Below, piece after piece: positions 8,833 through 18,061 of a DNA stretch of 56,154 nt. The notes under the pieces are model-generated. The model saw only the letters and a program-made list of their open reading frames with translations, had not been told where the DNA came from and did not search any database. The translations under genes and the position numbers were made by a program. The first letter of the stretch is position 1. Each line of letters opens with the position of its first letter. Source of the DNA: Patescibacteria group bacterium (lineage in GTDB: Bacteria > Patescibacteriota > Minisyncoccia > Phycocordibacterales > WO2-35-19); contig JBBUFS010000011.1 in assembly GCA_038056395.1 (NCBI GenBank), positions 1-56,154 on the forward strand. The letters run 5' to 3'.

Positions 8833-9669
8833 ATGTTCAATCAATTTTTTGGAGAAGAGGAAGCCAAGAGAATGTCTAAATTGATCGCTATTTCTCTGAT
8901 GACCCTATCATTATTTCTTTTAGTAAAAGTGATAGAAGATTTTAAAAGATTGCCGAATGTCGGCCGGGAAATTTATCCGCAATCAACCATTATGGTTTCC
9001 GGCAGCGGAGAAGCTTACGCCATTCCTGATATTGCCACCTTTAATTTTTCCGTGGTTGAAATTGGCGATACCGTCAAACAAGCTCAAGAAAAAGCTGATG
9101 CGAAAATCAATAAAGCTCTGGCGGCAGTTCGTGAATCAGGAATAGAGGATAAAGATATTAAAACAACCGGCTATAATGTTTACCCTAAATACGAATGGAG
9201 TCAAAGGCCCTGTCCTTTAGGTATTAGTTCAAATGGCATGATGTATCCTTGCCCTGCTGGTAAAAATATTTTGACCGGCTATGAAGTCAATCAAACTATC
9301 ACCGTGAAAGTCCGCGATACAGAAAAGGCGGCAGATTTGGTGACCAAAATTGGAGCAGTCGGAGTGGAAAATATAAGCAACCTTGAATTTAGCGTTGATG
9401 ATAGAGAAAAATATGTGGCGGAAGCCAGATCAGAAGCTATAGCTGAAGCCAAAACAAAAGCCAAGGAACTGGCCAAACAGCTTGGAGTAAAACTAGGCAA
9501 AATAATCTATTACAACGAGAACGGCAATTATCCAATCTACTATGGTATGGAAGGTAAAGGCGGCGGCGCTGATATGATGACCTCATCCGTGGCTCCAGCC
9601 AGAGCCGAATTGCCGCAAGGCGAAACCAAAATCACTTCAGAGATAAGTATTACTTATGAGATAAAATAG
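8833..9669 (+). CDS. SIMPL domain (DUF541) protein
   Basis: TIMVSGSGEA..IPDIA, DIKT..YNVYPKY and AI.EAK.KA.ELAKQLGVKLG patterns. Confidence 0.9.
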   Translation: MFNQFFGEEEAKRMSKLIAISLMTLSLFLLVKVIEDFKRLPNVGREIYPQSTIMVSGSGEAYAIPDIATFNFSVVEIGDTVKQAQEKADAKINKALAAVRESGIEDKDIKTTGYNVYPKYEWSQRPCPLGISSNGMMYPCPAGKNILTGYEVNQTITVKVRDTEKAADLVTKIGAVGVENISNLEFSVDDREKYVAEARSEAIAEAKTKAKELAKQLGVKLGKIIYYNENGNYPIYYGMEGKGGGADMMTSSVAPARAELPQGETKITSEISITYEIK

Positions 9670-9683
9670 CGACCCCTTTCCTG

Positions 9684-9725
9684 GAGGATGACCTTTGAAG
9701 AATTTTGCCCCAAAAGGTCGTCCTC
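9684..9725. repeat. Family-A palindromic element (intergenic)
   Basis: GAGGATGACCTTT-GAAGAATTTTGCCCCA-AAAGGTCGTCCTC. Confidence 0.75.
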
Positions 9726-9764
9726 AAATTTCTCTTAAGTTTTTGGTTATCCACAATTTTCCTT

Positions 9765-9796
9765 TTGACTGACTAAATAGTCGGGTATAATATAAT
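9765..9796 (+). promoter_or_regulatory. lexA promoter with palindromic operator candidate GACTA-AA-TAGTC
   Basis: TTGACT at 9765, TATAAT boxes at 9786 and 9791, palindrome at 9771-9782 between them. Confidence 0.55.
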
Positions 9797-9798
9797 GT

Positions 9799-10446
9799 AT
9801 GGAAAAACCAATAACAACAAGACAAAAAGAGCTTTTATCTATAATATATGATTATTTTAAAAGTATGGGATATCCACCTACATTTGAAGAAATGAGAGAA
9901 AGTTTGAAAGTTTCTTCTAATCAATCAATCATTGATTTACTTGAAAAGCTTGAGAAATCAAGGCTTATTAAAAAAAGTAGGGATGCCGCTCGTGGAATAA
10001 CTATTTTGCCCCTGGGTTATAAAATACTGGATTTGCCTCCTCTCACTGCATTTTTGGGGGTTACTAGCGCCGGAGCTCCTATACAATCTCTAGAAGTATC
10101 AGGAGAATGGAAAGAAACGCCGTCAATTGACGACAAAATCACAAAACTTGACGAGGAAGTATTTATGTTGAGAATATCAGGAGATTCAATGATAAACGCG
10201 GATATTGAGAATGGTGATACCGTACTAGTCCAAACCAAAAAAGAATTCATATCCGGTGAAATTGTCTATGCCCAGATCAATGACGAGGGAACAGTCAAAA
10301 GATTTATTTCAGAAGACAAACCACCATATGTGTATTTAAAACCGGAGAATCCAAAATATGAAAATATACTTTTTACGGATGAAGTCGTATTGAAGGGGAA
10401 AATAATATCAGTTTTGAAAAATAATTATTGGAAATTGGTAAAATAA
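9799..10446 (+). CDS. lexA: LexA repressor
   Basis: GYPPT.EE HTH, AG cleavage site (TSAGAP), catalytic Ser (GDSM) and Lys (TVKR). Confidence 0.92.
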   Translation: MEKPITTRQKELLSIIYDYFKSMGYPPTFEEMRESLKVSSNQSIIDLLEKLEKSRLIKKSRDAARGITILPLGYKILDLPPLTAFLGVTSAGAPIQSLEVSGEWKETPSIDDKITKLDEEVFMLRISGDSMINADIENGDTVLVQTKKEFISGEIVYAQINDEGTVKRFISEDKPPYVYLKPENPKYENILFTDEVVLKGKIISVLKNNYWKLVK

Positions 10447-10495
10447 TATAAAAGCGGTAAGAAATAATTATTTGATAATATGTTAATATAAAAAT

Positions 10496-12853
10496 ATGTC
10501 AAAAAATGAAAGGATTACAGAAAATATGGTGCGAAAAAAATTAGAAGCTGTCGGAATAACCGTGCAAGAAGGTTTTTTGGTCGAGGAACAAAAGAGTGAA
10601 AACCCGCTTGTGAAAAAGCTTCTGGAAAGTGCTAGCAAATCAGGCAATGGTGCCGGTAAACCGGAGTTTCTGATTTCCAACCCAAACAATAAAGAATTTA
10701 TATTGATTATAGAATGCAAAGCTGATACGAAATTCCATGAATCATCAAATCGTGACCAATTCAAAGATTACGCCATTGATGGAGTTTTGCTTTATGCTAG
10801 CTATCTATCAAAAGAATTTAATGTGATTGCTGTTGGCGTAAGCGGTCAATTTGAAAATGAATTAAAAATTGATGCATTTCTACACCCCAAAGGCGCAACT
10901 GATGCATCCTCCCTAAAAGACACTTCAGAAAAACCGGTTTTGGTAAAAGATATTATTTCTTGGGAGCAATATATCAGATATGCTACCTACGATGAAAATT
11001 TAGTACAAGCACAAAAGAGTGAATTAAATAAGTTCTCTCGTGACTTACATGATTACATACGCGACTATGGAAAAATTACTGAGGCCCAGAAACCACTCTT
11101 GGTAAGCGGTATTCTGTTGGCTTTGATGGAAAAGGGTTTTAAGGTGGCCTATCCGAAATATGAAGGAGCAGAACTTGCCCAGAAAACTTTTCAAGCAGTG
11201 AAAGATATTATAGAAATGGCTAGACTTGGCGTAAACCAAGAGAGAAAGAAAAATGCTATTATCAACGCTTTTCGTTTTATCGAAGATCATCCGGAGCTAC
11301 AAAAAGTTGATAGAAAGCGAAATGAATCGCCACTTGCTCATATTGTTCGAGATATCGATCATGAAGTCAAACCTTTCACCCAAAACCATTACGATTATGA
11401 TGTAATAGGAAATTTCTATGGAGAGTTTATTCGCTATACGGGCGGGGATGCCCAAGGTCTTGGGATAGTTCTGACTCCTAAGCATATAACCGAACTTTTC
11501 GCTGATTTGGCAAAATTAAACAAGAATTCCGTGGTATTAGATACTTGTTGTGGTACTGGCGGGTTTCTTATTTCAGCAATGAAAAAAATGACCGTCGATG
11601 TAAGTGAGAATGAGAAGAAAAAAATTTTGGAAAACTCTTTGATTGGTGTTGAACAAGAGCCATCCATGTTTGCACTAGCTGTGTCAAATATGATTTTACG
11701 AGGAGATGGCAAAACTAACCTTTATCAGGGTTCGTGTTTTGATGAAGAAATTTTCAATTTAGTCAAAAATAAAGCAACTGTTGGTTTTATCAACCCACCA
11801 TATTCACAAAAAGGTGATGATTTACATGAATGGAATTTTGTTATTCAACTGCTAAACGCCTTACAAAAAAACGCGGCTGGTATTGTAATAGTGCCAATGT
11901 CACTTGCCATTGCCAAACATCCTATTCGAGAACAACTCCTAAAAGAGCATAGACTTGAAGCGGTAATGAGTATGCCGAACGACTTATTTTATCCGATAGG
12001 AGTCGTACCGTGCATTATAGTTTTTACTGCACATGTGCCACATAACAGCGACTCTCATCATGAAAGTTGGTTTGGTTATTGGAAGGATGATGGGTTTCGA
12101 AAAGACAGAATTGAAGGAAGAATTCCAACAAACTATTGGCCAGAAATTCGTACTAAATGGCTACACTCATACCGTAGACTCCAAACTCCAGGTGAAAGTG
12201 TGTGGAGAAAAGTTGGCGCTGAAGATGAGTGGAGTGCCGAAGCATATTTAGAAACAGATTATTCTAGATTGCAAAGCAAAGATTTTATATCAAATGTAAA
12301 AAAATATATTGCTTATAAACTTTTAAATTCTGACGAAGAGATTTCCTCAAAACCATTATTAAATGATTCAAATAGAGTAGTAGATGTTAGTAAGTGGCAC
12401 AGTTTTTTGATTAAAGATTTATTCGATGTATCAGGAACAAAAACAACTCAAAAAAGAAGATTGGAAGAAATAGGGGCAGGAAAATATCCGTATATAACTA
12501 CACAATCAACGAACAATGGTGTTGAGGGTTTTTATGATTTTTATACTGAAAAAGGTAATGTGATAGTTATAGATTCTGCCGTAGCTGGCTTTTCTTCTTA
12601 TCAAGGAGAAAATTTTACGGCAAGCGATCATGTTGAAAAATTAACTCCTCAATTTAAGCTAAATAAATATATGGGATTATTTTTACAGACAGTAATAAAT
12701 CTGGAGCAGTTTCGTTACTCATATGGTAAAAAGTTTAACCAAGAAAAAATTAGAAATACTGAAACCAAACTTCCGGTGGATACAAGTGGTAATCCGGATT
12801 GGAAATTTATGGAAGATTTTATAAAATCGTTACCTTATTCTAGTTCGATCTAA
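10496..12853 (+). CDS. Single-chain restriction-modification enzyme (BcgI-like Type IIB/IIG: REase, N6-adenine MTase and one TRD)
   Basis: N-terminal KPEF...IIECK nuclease motif, DTCCGTGGF and INPPY methyltransferase motifs, C-terminal S-subunit-like half (PYIT...NNGV...PDWKFMEDFIK). Confidence 0.85.
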   Translation: MSKNERITENMVRKKLEAVGITVQEGFLVEEQKSENPLVKKLLESASKSGNGAGKPEFLISNPNNKEFILIIECKADTKFHESSNRDQFKDYAIDGVLLYASYLSKEFNVIAVGVSGQFENELKIDAFLHPKGATDASSLKDTSEKPVLVKDIISWEQYIRYATYDENLVQAQKSELNKFSRDLHDYIRDYGKITEAQKPLLVSGILLALMEKGFKVAYPKYEGAELAQKTFQAVKDIIEMARLGVNQERKKNAIINAFRFIEDHPELQKVDRKRNESPLAHIVRDIDHEVKPFTQNHYDYDVIGNFYGEFIRYTGGDAQGLGIVLTPKHITELFADLAKLNKNSVVLDTCCGTGGFLISAMKKMTVDVSENEKKKILENSLIGVEQEPSMFALAVSNMILRGDGKTNLYQGSCFDEEIFNLVKNKATVGFINPPYSQKGDDLHEWNFVIQLLNALQKNAAGIVIVPMSLAIAKHPIREQLLKEHRLEAVMSMPNDLFYPIGVVPCIIVFTAHVPHNSDSHHESWFGYWKDDGFRKDRIEGRIPTNYWPEIRTKWLHSYRRLQTPGESVWRKVGAEDEWSAEAYLETDYSRLQSKDFISNVKKYIAYKLLNSDEEISSKPLLNDSNRVVDVSKWHSFLIKDLFDVSGTKTTQKRRLEEIGAGKYPYITTQSTNNGVEGFYDFYTEKGNVIVIDSAVAGFSSYQGENFTASDHVEKLTPQFKLNKYMGLFLQTVINLEQFRYSYGKKFNQEKIRNTETKLPVDTSGNPDWKFMEDFIKSLPYSSSI

Positions 12854-13675
12854 ATGTGGAATTCTATATGGAAAACATTTCGATGGATTGTCGAAAAACA
12901 AGGGATAAAAAACGGCTTATTTTTTATTACTGGAGTAACGTTGACTTTTGTTTACTATAATTTTTTTCCCAAAAATGAGGTGGTTAATCCAAATATTAAA
13001 AATGAAGCAAGTGTTTTCATGGGTACACAAGATACAGAACAAAAAGATCTATTAGATAAAACTTGTGTTGAAGATGAGTTTTCAGAAACTAGTTGGGATT
13101 TAAAAAGCTATACCAAATCTGATAATGGTTTTTATTGTACGAAACAGAGTACAAACTTCGGATCTCCAGATATGTGGTACAAAAATACAATACCTTCTGA
13201 CTTTAATTTTATAGAAATTAGATATAAGGCTGAAAATCAAGATGACGATAATGATTTTTTACCAACTTTTATATTTTCTCTAGGAGACAATCCAAGAATA
13301 CTACGTTTTTATATAGCAGAACAAGACAAAAAAGTAATAGGTTTTGAAAAGAATAATTTAGCGACAACTACTGATTACAAAGACAATCTAGAAAGAGAAT
13401 CTCCAGCTAGAACACTCTCTTATTCTATGAAAAAAAATGTTCCGGTTGATATATTGATTAAACCGTTTTTAACTAATAGTAATTCGGCTAGTATTAATTT
13501 TAATATCAGATATATATCATCAGAAAATGGAGAAACCAAAACAGAAGATTACCTATACAATTTTCAATTTCCAGATCCTTCGCCCACAAACAAAAATTCT
13601 AAAATAAAATTTGGTATAGGCACGGTAAAAGGAGGATGTGTAAAACCGATTAGTTATAAGGTTTGCTATAAATAG
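12854..13675 (+). CDS. Hypothetical membrane-anchored protein
   Basis: 273 aa ORF with one N-terminal TM helix; starts immediately after the RM stop. Confidence 0.65.
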   Translation: MWNSIWKTFRWIVEKQGIKNGLFFITGVTLTFVYYNFFPKNEVVNPNIKNEASVFMGTQDTEQKDLLDKTCVEDEFSETSWDLKSYTKSDNGFYCTKQSTNFGSPDMWYKNTIPSDFNFIEIRYKAENQDDDNDFLPTFIFSLGDNPRILRFYIAEQDKKVIGFEKNNLATTTDYKDNLERESPARTLSYSMKKNVPVDILIKPFLTNSNSASINFNIRYISSENGETKTEDYLYNFQFPDPSPTNKNSKIKFGIGTVKGGCVKPISYKVCYK

Positions 13676-13689
13676 AAGTTGTTCGAAAT

Positions 13690-13788
13690 GAAAAAATTGC
13701 CGATTTGATAAGAGGATCGCACGAGGCAAGGGGAAAAGCCAAGGAACTTTTAGAAGAAGCCAAAAGAAAAGTGGAAGAATTGATATAG
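13690..13788 (+). pseudogene. Orphan 3' remnant resembling the C-terminal helix of an RM specificity (S) subunit
   Basis: Reads EKIADLIRGSHEARGKAKELLEEAKRKVEELI* with no start of its own. Confidence 0.55.
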
Positions 13789-13792
13789 GATA

Positions 13793-13851
13793 AATCTGTC
13801 AAAGATGACCCTTTGGAACAGGGGCATTTCAAGGGTCATCTTTGACAGATT
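13793..13851. repeat. Family-A palindromic element (intergenic)
   Basis: Perfect 21-bp arms AATCTGTCAAAGATGACCCTT / AAGGGTCATCTTTGACAGATT. Confidence 0.85.
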
Positions 13852-13858
13852 CGTCGAT

Positions 13859-13886
13859 TTGACAAGAATTTTGATTTGTGTATAAT
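13859..13886 (+). promoter_or_regulatory. Promoter of secE-nusG-rplK
   Basis: TTGACA-16 bp-TATAAT. Confidence 0.7.
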
Positions 13887-13905
13887 GGAGCTACAATTTA
13901 ATAAG

Positions 13906-13929
13906 AAAAGCCCCGCAAGGGGTTTTTTC
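13906..13929 (+). terminator. Intrinsic-terminator-like hairpin in the secE leader
   Basis: GCCCC-GCAA-GGGGT followed by a T run. Confidence 0.55.
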
Positions 13930-13994
13930 AAAACTGAATTAATTTTAAAATTTTCGTTATTATTTCGTATTTATTCGCATAATTTTCGTATCAT

Positions 13995-14171
13995 ATGTCA
14001 ATACTTGATTACTTCAAAGAAACTCAGGGAGAGCTTTCTCATGTTAATTGGCCGACCCACAGGCAGTCGGTCGTTTTTTCTTTGGTTGTTATTATTATCT
14101 CTGTTTTGGTGGCGTTCTTTTTGGGCCTGTTTGATTTTATTTTTTCCAGAATACTCAATCTATTCATTTAA
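13995..14171 (+). CDS. secE: Preprotein translocase subunit SecE (58 aa, absent from the ORF track)
   Basis: Translates MSILDYFKETQGELSHVNWPT... plus one TM helix and D-F-I-F; directly upstream of nusG. Confidence 0.92.
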   Translation: MSILDYFKETQGELSHVNWPTHRQSVVFSLVVIIISVLVAFFLGLFDFIFSRILNLFI

Positions 14172-14216
14172 ATTTTCGTTATCATTTCATAGCTTTCGTA
14201 TAATTTTAGTATCGTT

Positions 14217-14762
14217 ATGTCAAAACAACAAATACAAGAAGGCCGAAATTGGTATGCTATTCACACCTATTCCGGCTATGAAAACGCGGTTATGAGAAAC
14301 CTAAAACAGCGCATTGAATCTTTGGGAATGGAAGACAAGATTTTCAATGTTTTGGTGCCGACCGAGAAAAAAATAAAAATAAAAGGCAATAAGCGGGTAG
14401 AGGAAGAGGAAAAAATTTACCCGGGCTATATTTTGGTGAATATGATTGTCACCGACGATTCGTGGTACGTAGTCAGAAATACGCCGCGGGTAACCGGCTT
14501 CGTCGGAGCTGGAGTTTTTCCGGTGCCGCTTGACCCAAAGGAAGTGGAGGATCTTTTCAAGAGAATGAATTCGGAAAAAGTCAAACATAATATTGACCTT
14601 TCTTTGGATGAGGCTGTAAAAATTGTGGACGGGCCATTCAAGGATTTGGAGGGCAAAGTGGGGGAAGTGGACGAGGAAAGAGGCAAAGTTAAAATTTTGG
14701 TGCCTATGTTTGGCCGGGAAACTCCGGTGGAGTTGGACTTCTTGCAAGTGAAGAAAATCTGA
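14217..14762 (+). CDS. nusG: Transcription termination/antitermination factor NusG
   Basis: WYAIHTYSGYE, VRNTPRVTGFVG, KOW motif, MFGRETPVEL. Confidence 0.97.
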   Translation: MSKQQIQEGRNWYAIHTYSGYENAVMRNLKQRIESLGMEDKIFNVLVPTEKKIKIKGNKRVEEEEKIYPGYILVNMIVTDDSWYVVRNTPRVTGFVGAGVFPVPLDPKEVEDLFKRMNSEKVKHNIDLSLDEAVKIVDGPFKDLEGKVGEVDEERGKVKILVPMFGRETPVELDFLQVKKI

Positions 14763-14802
14763 CCTCACTCCCCAACCCCTCTCCTTGCGAAGGAGAGAGG
14801 AG
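14759..14802. repeat. Family-C palindromic element (ACCTCAC...CCCTCTCC/GGAGAG)
   Basis: CTCTCCTT-GCG-AAGGAGAG hairpin; related to 26645-26696 and 53823-53884. Confidence 0.7.
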
Positions 14803-14841
14803 TTGCGAGGATAGAATGATTGTAGTAATGTTGCTTCACAA

Positions 14842-15264
14842 ATGGCAAAGAAAATAACTAAAAAAATAAAATTGGTAATAACGGCAGGAAAGGCAACCCC
14901 GGCGCCGCCAGTGGGCACCGCTTTGGGCCCGGCCGGCATTAACATCGGCGAGTTTGTCACCAAATTTAATGAAGCCACCAAAAAAATGGAGGGTTTAGTG
15001 CCCGCCGAGATAAATGTTTACGAAGACAGAACTTTTGACTTTATTTTAAAAACTCCTCCGGCTTCAAGCCTCATAATGAAAGCGCTTGGTATTGAAAAAG
15101 GGGCTGGAAAACCGCCGGCTCAAAAAGTAGGTGTTATCACCCGCAAACAGCTGGAAGAAATTGCTCAAATAAAAATGGTTGACCTTAATGCCAACGATTT
15201 AGAAGCAGCCGTCAAAATAATCACCGGCACCTGCCGGAGCATGGGCGTCGAAGTGAAAAATTAA
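14842..15264 (+). CDS. rplK: 50S ribosomal protein L11
   Basis: [20 protein letters not shown] and GT.RSMG motifs. Confidence 0.97.
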   Translation: MAKKITKKIKLVITAGKATPAPPVGTALGPAGINIGEFVTKFNEATKKMEGLVPAEINVYEDRTFDFILKTPPASSLIMKALGIEKGAGKPPAQKVGVITRKQLEEIAQIKMVDLNANDLEAAVKIITGTCRSMGVEVKN

Positions 15265-15379
15265 AATAATATTGTTTCTGCGTTAGGTCTTAAGGATAAG
15301 GCTCTTGAAACAACATTATTTTAATTTTTTAAAAAAATAACAAAACAAAAAGACTTCTAAAACAAGTCTTTTTGTTTTG
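15256..15379. terminator. Two AT-rich inverted repeats after rplK
   Basis: 23-bp arms at 15256-15278 and 15307-15329 (1 mismatch); CAAAACAAAAAGACTT/AAGTCTTTTTGTTTTG at 15341-15379. Confidence 0.55.
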
Positions 15380-15425
15380 TCAAAAATGTGTAAGATGATG
15401 GAGGAAGTTGTTTGAAAGGAGCTTT

Positions 15426-16013
15426 ATGCCGACCCTCAAAAATGTCCTGCAAGGAAATTGCCTGCAGGACAAATACATTCCTGATTTTGAGGATCTAGCG
15501 AAAATTGTCCGCCAACTCAAAGAAGGCGGCTTTAAAATCGCTATGACCCAAGGTGTCTTCGACATGTTCCATGTAGGACATGGGCGCTATCTGAGAGAAG
15601 CCAGATCTTATGGCGATGTTTTAATCGTTGGAGTTGACTCGGACGAACTGACTAGAGAAATGAAAGGTCCGAAAAGACCTTTCGACGTATTTGAAGAGAG
15701 GATAGAAATTCTCTCCATGCTTGCTTCGGTAAGCATTATCGCCCGCAGACACACAGACAAGCATAAGTATGACCTGATCAAGTTAGTTGAGCCGGATATT
15801 CTCATCATGTCCAAGACAACCAGCTCTTTTAATGATGACGATAAGAGAGAGCTGGACCAGTACTGCGGCAAAATCGAGCATTTGGAAGCTAAAGCGGCAA
15901 CGACCACTACCGCCAAAACGCTTCGCCTCATGACTGACGGAGCGAAAGAATTGGCTGAAAGAATAGAGCGAACCGTCACAGATTTCTTTCAGCAGAATGG
16001 AGAAGGCCAATGA
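15426..16013 (+). CDS. Cytidylyltransferase-like (RfaE/TagD, HxGH) nucleotidyltransferase
   Basis: TQGVFDMFHVGH, LIVGVDSD, KGPKRP and ER..IL motifs; ATG at 15426 chosen as start. Confidence 0.88.
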   Translation: MPTLKNVLQGNCLQDKYIPDFEDLAKIVRQLKEGGFKIAMTQGVFDMFHVGHGRYLREARSYGDVLIVGVDSDELTREMKGPKRPFDVFEERIEILSMLASVSIIARRHTDKHKYDLIKLVEPDILIMSKTTSSFNDDDKRELDQYCGKIEHLEAKAATTTTAKTLRLMTDGAKELAERIERTVTDFFQQNGEGQ

Positions 16014-16879
16014 CTAACCTCATCGCCTACATTCCGGCTTTGAACCAGCGCCATCTGGACTGGTTCAAGAAGCATTCCAACGGAGACCTGTATCTTATTC
16101 CACAAGAGATGGCACAGTCGCTTTTGCCGAGACTTTCTCGGAACTTGGCGGCTGTGCCGACACTGGTTCAAATCAGTTCAATTCGTAGTCTGCCGGATCC
16201 ATGGAAGGTGTGGCAAGTATTGAAGTTTGATCCAATCAACCACGAACCGTTCCTGGGTAGGCCTGCCGGTTGGGGCGAACCGTGGATTTTGCCGGACGAG
16301 GATATATCGCACGCAGTCGTTGAAAAGTATTTTACAAGTACGCGGGCGGAAGCGAAGTTTGAGAACATTCGCGCGCGTTGGGATATGACCGCAGTCAAAC
16401 GCCGGTCGCCGATAATGGCCGGAGTCGACGTGATCACTGGCCACAATTTGCGTATGGAGTTTGCTCGAAAAGAGGCCGCGAAAAGTCCGGATTGGTGGCG
16501 GCGGATAGGTGCGGCTCTGTATGTGAACGGCCATTGTATGGCGGTTGGATGCAACGACCATTACCCGACAGAATATGAGCAGGACATCAAAGGCGATCCG
16601 CGTGGAAATTTTGAAGCGGGTCAACCAGGCAAGTATCTTTCTTTCCACGCAGAGAAAACGGTTATCGCCAAGTGTGCCAATGCCGGGATTGCGACCAAAG
16701 GCGCTATTCTCTACACGACAGTATTTCCGTGCGAGGATTGTGCCCGGGCGATCGTAGTCGCTGGCATAGACCACGTGTTCTTTGAAGAAGGATATTCTAC
16801 CCTTGACGCGCAAGAAGTGCTTCGGGGCGCAGGTGTCCAAATCACACAAGTAGTAAAAAAAGACCCCGAGTCCGCTTAG
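16010..16879 (+). CDS. dCMP-deaminase-family zinc deaminase with a ~130 aa N-terminal extension
   Basis: HAE and FPCEDC zinc motifs; SPDWWRRIGA segment; ATGA overlap with the upstream gene. Confidence 0.88.
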   Translation: MTNLIAYIPALNQRHLDWFKKHSNGDLYLIPQEMAQSLLPRLSRNLAAVPTLVQISSIRSLPDPWKVWQVLKFDPINHEPFLGRPAGWGEPWILPDEDISHAVVEKYFTSTRAEAKFENIRARWDMTAVKRRSPIMAGVDVITGHNLRMEFARKEAAKSPDWWRRIGAALYVNGHCMAVGCNDHYPTEYEQDIKGDPRGNFEAGQPGKYLSFHAEKTVIAKCANAGIATKGAILYTTVFPCEDCARAIVVAGIDHVFFEEGYSTLDAQEVLRGAGVQITQVVKKDPESA

Positions 16880-16900
16880 CGCGGCCTCGGGGCAATTTTT
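16864..16900. terminator. Hairpin between convergent genes
   Basis: CCCCGAG.CCGC...GCGG.CTCGGGG followed by a T run. Confidence 0.6.
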
Positions 16901-17392
16901 TTATTTAGTTTTGTACCCAATAGCGGTAGTTATGAAAGAATCCGGATATTTTGGATTTTTAATATTTTTTCTTGAAATGCCAGAAATAATTTGAGCATGA
17001 AGATGAAAGATGGTAGCGCCTGTGTAAGTCATATCTCCAAAACGCATTACAATAGTCGCTCCCTTAATTTTTTTCTCTTTGCAAAACTTTGAAAAAAGCA
17101 GAAGTAATTCATCACCCGCTCCCAGGGCGAGTTCGGAAATTAATGAGATGTGATCTTTGTAAATAGCAAGATAATGATACTTACTTCCAATGTAAGGATG
17201 GTCATTTGCCGTTATCACCCAAAATTTACCTTTCTTTATTACCGGCGCATCATGCCATTCAGAGAGATTTTTCCAACAAAAAGGACAAATTCCAAGTTTG
17301 ATACATTTTTCCATCCTGTCTTTCTGCGACTTTACTCTCGTATGAGCAAGTTCAAACAAAAGTTTTTTACCTGACACTTTTTTAAGTTCCAT
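16901..17392 (-). CDS. HIT-superfamily nucleotide hydrolase/transferase with HxHxQ motif
   Basis: CPFC, N.HPY and GATIFHLHAQ motifs. Confidence 0.85.
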   Translation of the reverse strand: MELKKVSGKKLLFELAHTRVKSQKDRMEKCIKLGICPFCWKNLSEWHDAPVIKKGKFWVITANDHPYIGSKYHYLAIYKDHISLISELALGAGDELLLLFSKFCKEKKIKGATIVMRFGDMTYTGATIFHLHAQIISGISRKNIKNPKYPDSFITTAIGYKTK

Positions 17393-17419
17393 AATAAGTG
17401 GATTATAAACATTTTTTTA

Positions 17420-17460
17420 AAAAAAGAAAGCTGCCCGAACCTGTACAATGTAGGGGCAGC
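17420..17460 (-). terminator. Terminator-like hairpin downstream of folA
   Basis: GCTGCCC...GGGCAGC followed by TTTCTTTTTTT on the - strand. Confidence 0.55.
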
Positions 17461-17474
17461 CATAAAGAGCTTCG

Positions 17475-18050
17475 TTACCATACACGCCGGAAGGCGTAGT
17501 AGCTGGAATCGATTTGATCTTTCTTTTTTTCGGTTCCGCTTATTCCAGCACTGCAGTGCTCCTCGCCGATTTTCCTCCACTCGTTCCAGTCGATGTACGG
17601 AAAGAAGGTATCCCCATCGAATTCTTCGTGGATCATAGTCCAGTGCAGGTAGTCTGTATAGGGGAGCGCCAGAGCGTAAATCTCCGCGCCGCCGATTATC
17701 CACACGTTCTCCGATTTGGCGATCATCACTGCCTCTTCGAGAGAATGAGCCATGGCCACTTCAGTATTCGGACCCAGTTTTGTCCGGTCAAATTCCGGCC
17801 GAAAGTTTGTGTCATGAGTCAGGATGATGTTCTGCCGATTTTTCAAGGGCTTGAAACTGTTCGAGAGAGAATCCCATGTTTTTCTACCCGGAATTACAGA
17901 GTGGTACGAGGTTAACCTCACGAACCGGCTCATGTCGGAGGGAACTAATCCTTGCCATCCTGGCAAGTCGTTACCCTTACCGATTACACGTCTGTCGTCC
18001 TCTCTTTCAGAGGAGGCGAAGGCAATCTTGAGTATCTTTCTGTTCAGCAT
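17475..18050 (-). CDS. folA: Dihydrofolate reductase
   Basis: VIG..N.LP.W...D..RF, GRKTWDSL, PL.NR.NIIL, IIGGAEIY and GDTFFP motifs. Confidence 0.93.
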   Translation of the reverse strand: MLNRKILKIAFASSEREDDRRVIGKGNDLPGWQGLVPSDMSRFVRLTSYHSVIPGRKTWDSLSNSFKPLKNRQNIILTHDTNFRPEFDRTKLGPNTEVAMAHSLEEAVMIAKSENVWIIGGAEIYALALPYTDYLHWTMIHEEFDGDTFFPYIDWNEWRKIGEEHCSAGISGTEKKKDQIDSSYYAFRRVW

Positions 18051-18061
18051 GTCTTCTCCTT

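Noticed and set aside
13876-14295. 139 aa ORF from the track
   Set aside because: It overlaps the real secE in another frame and runs into nusG; the composition is implausible.
14301-14981. 226 aa minus-strand ORF and similar antisense ORFs across the window
   Set aside because: They are shadow frames of well-supported genes (nusG/rplK, ribosomal, pil and gat genes).
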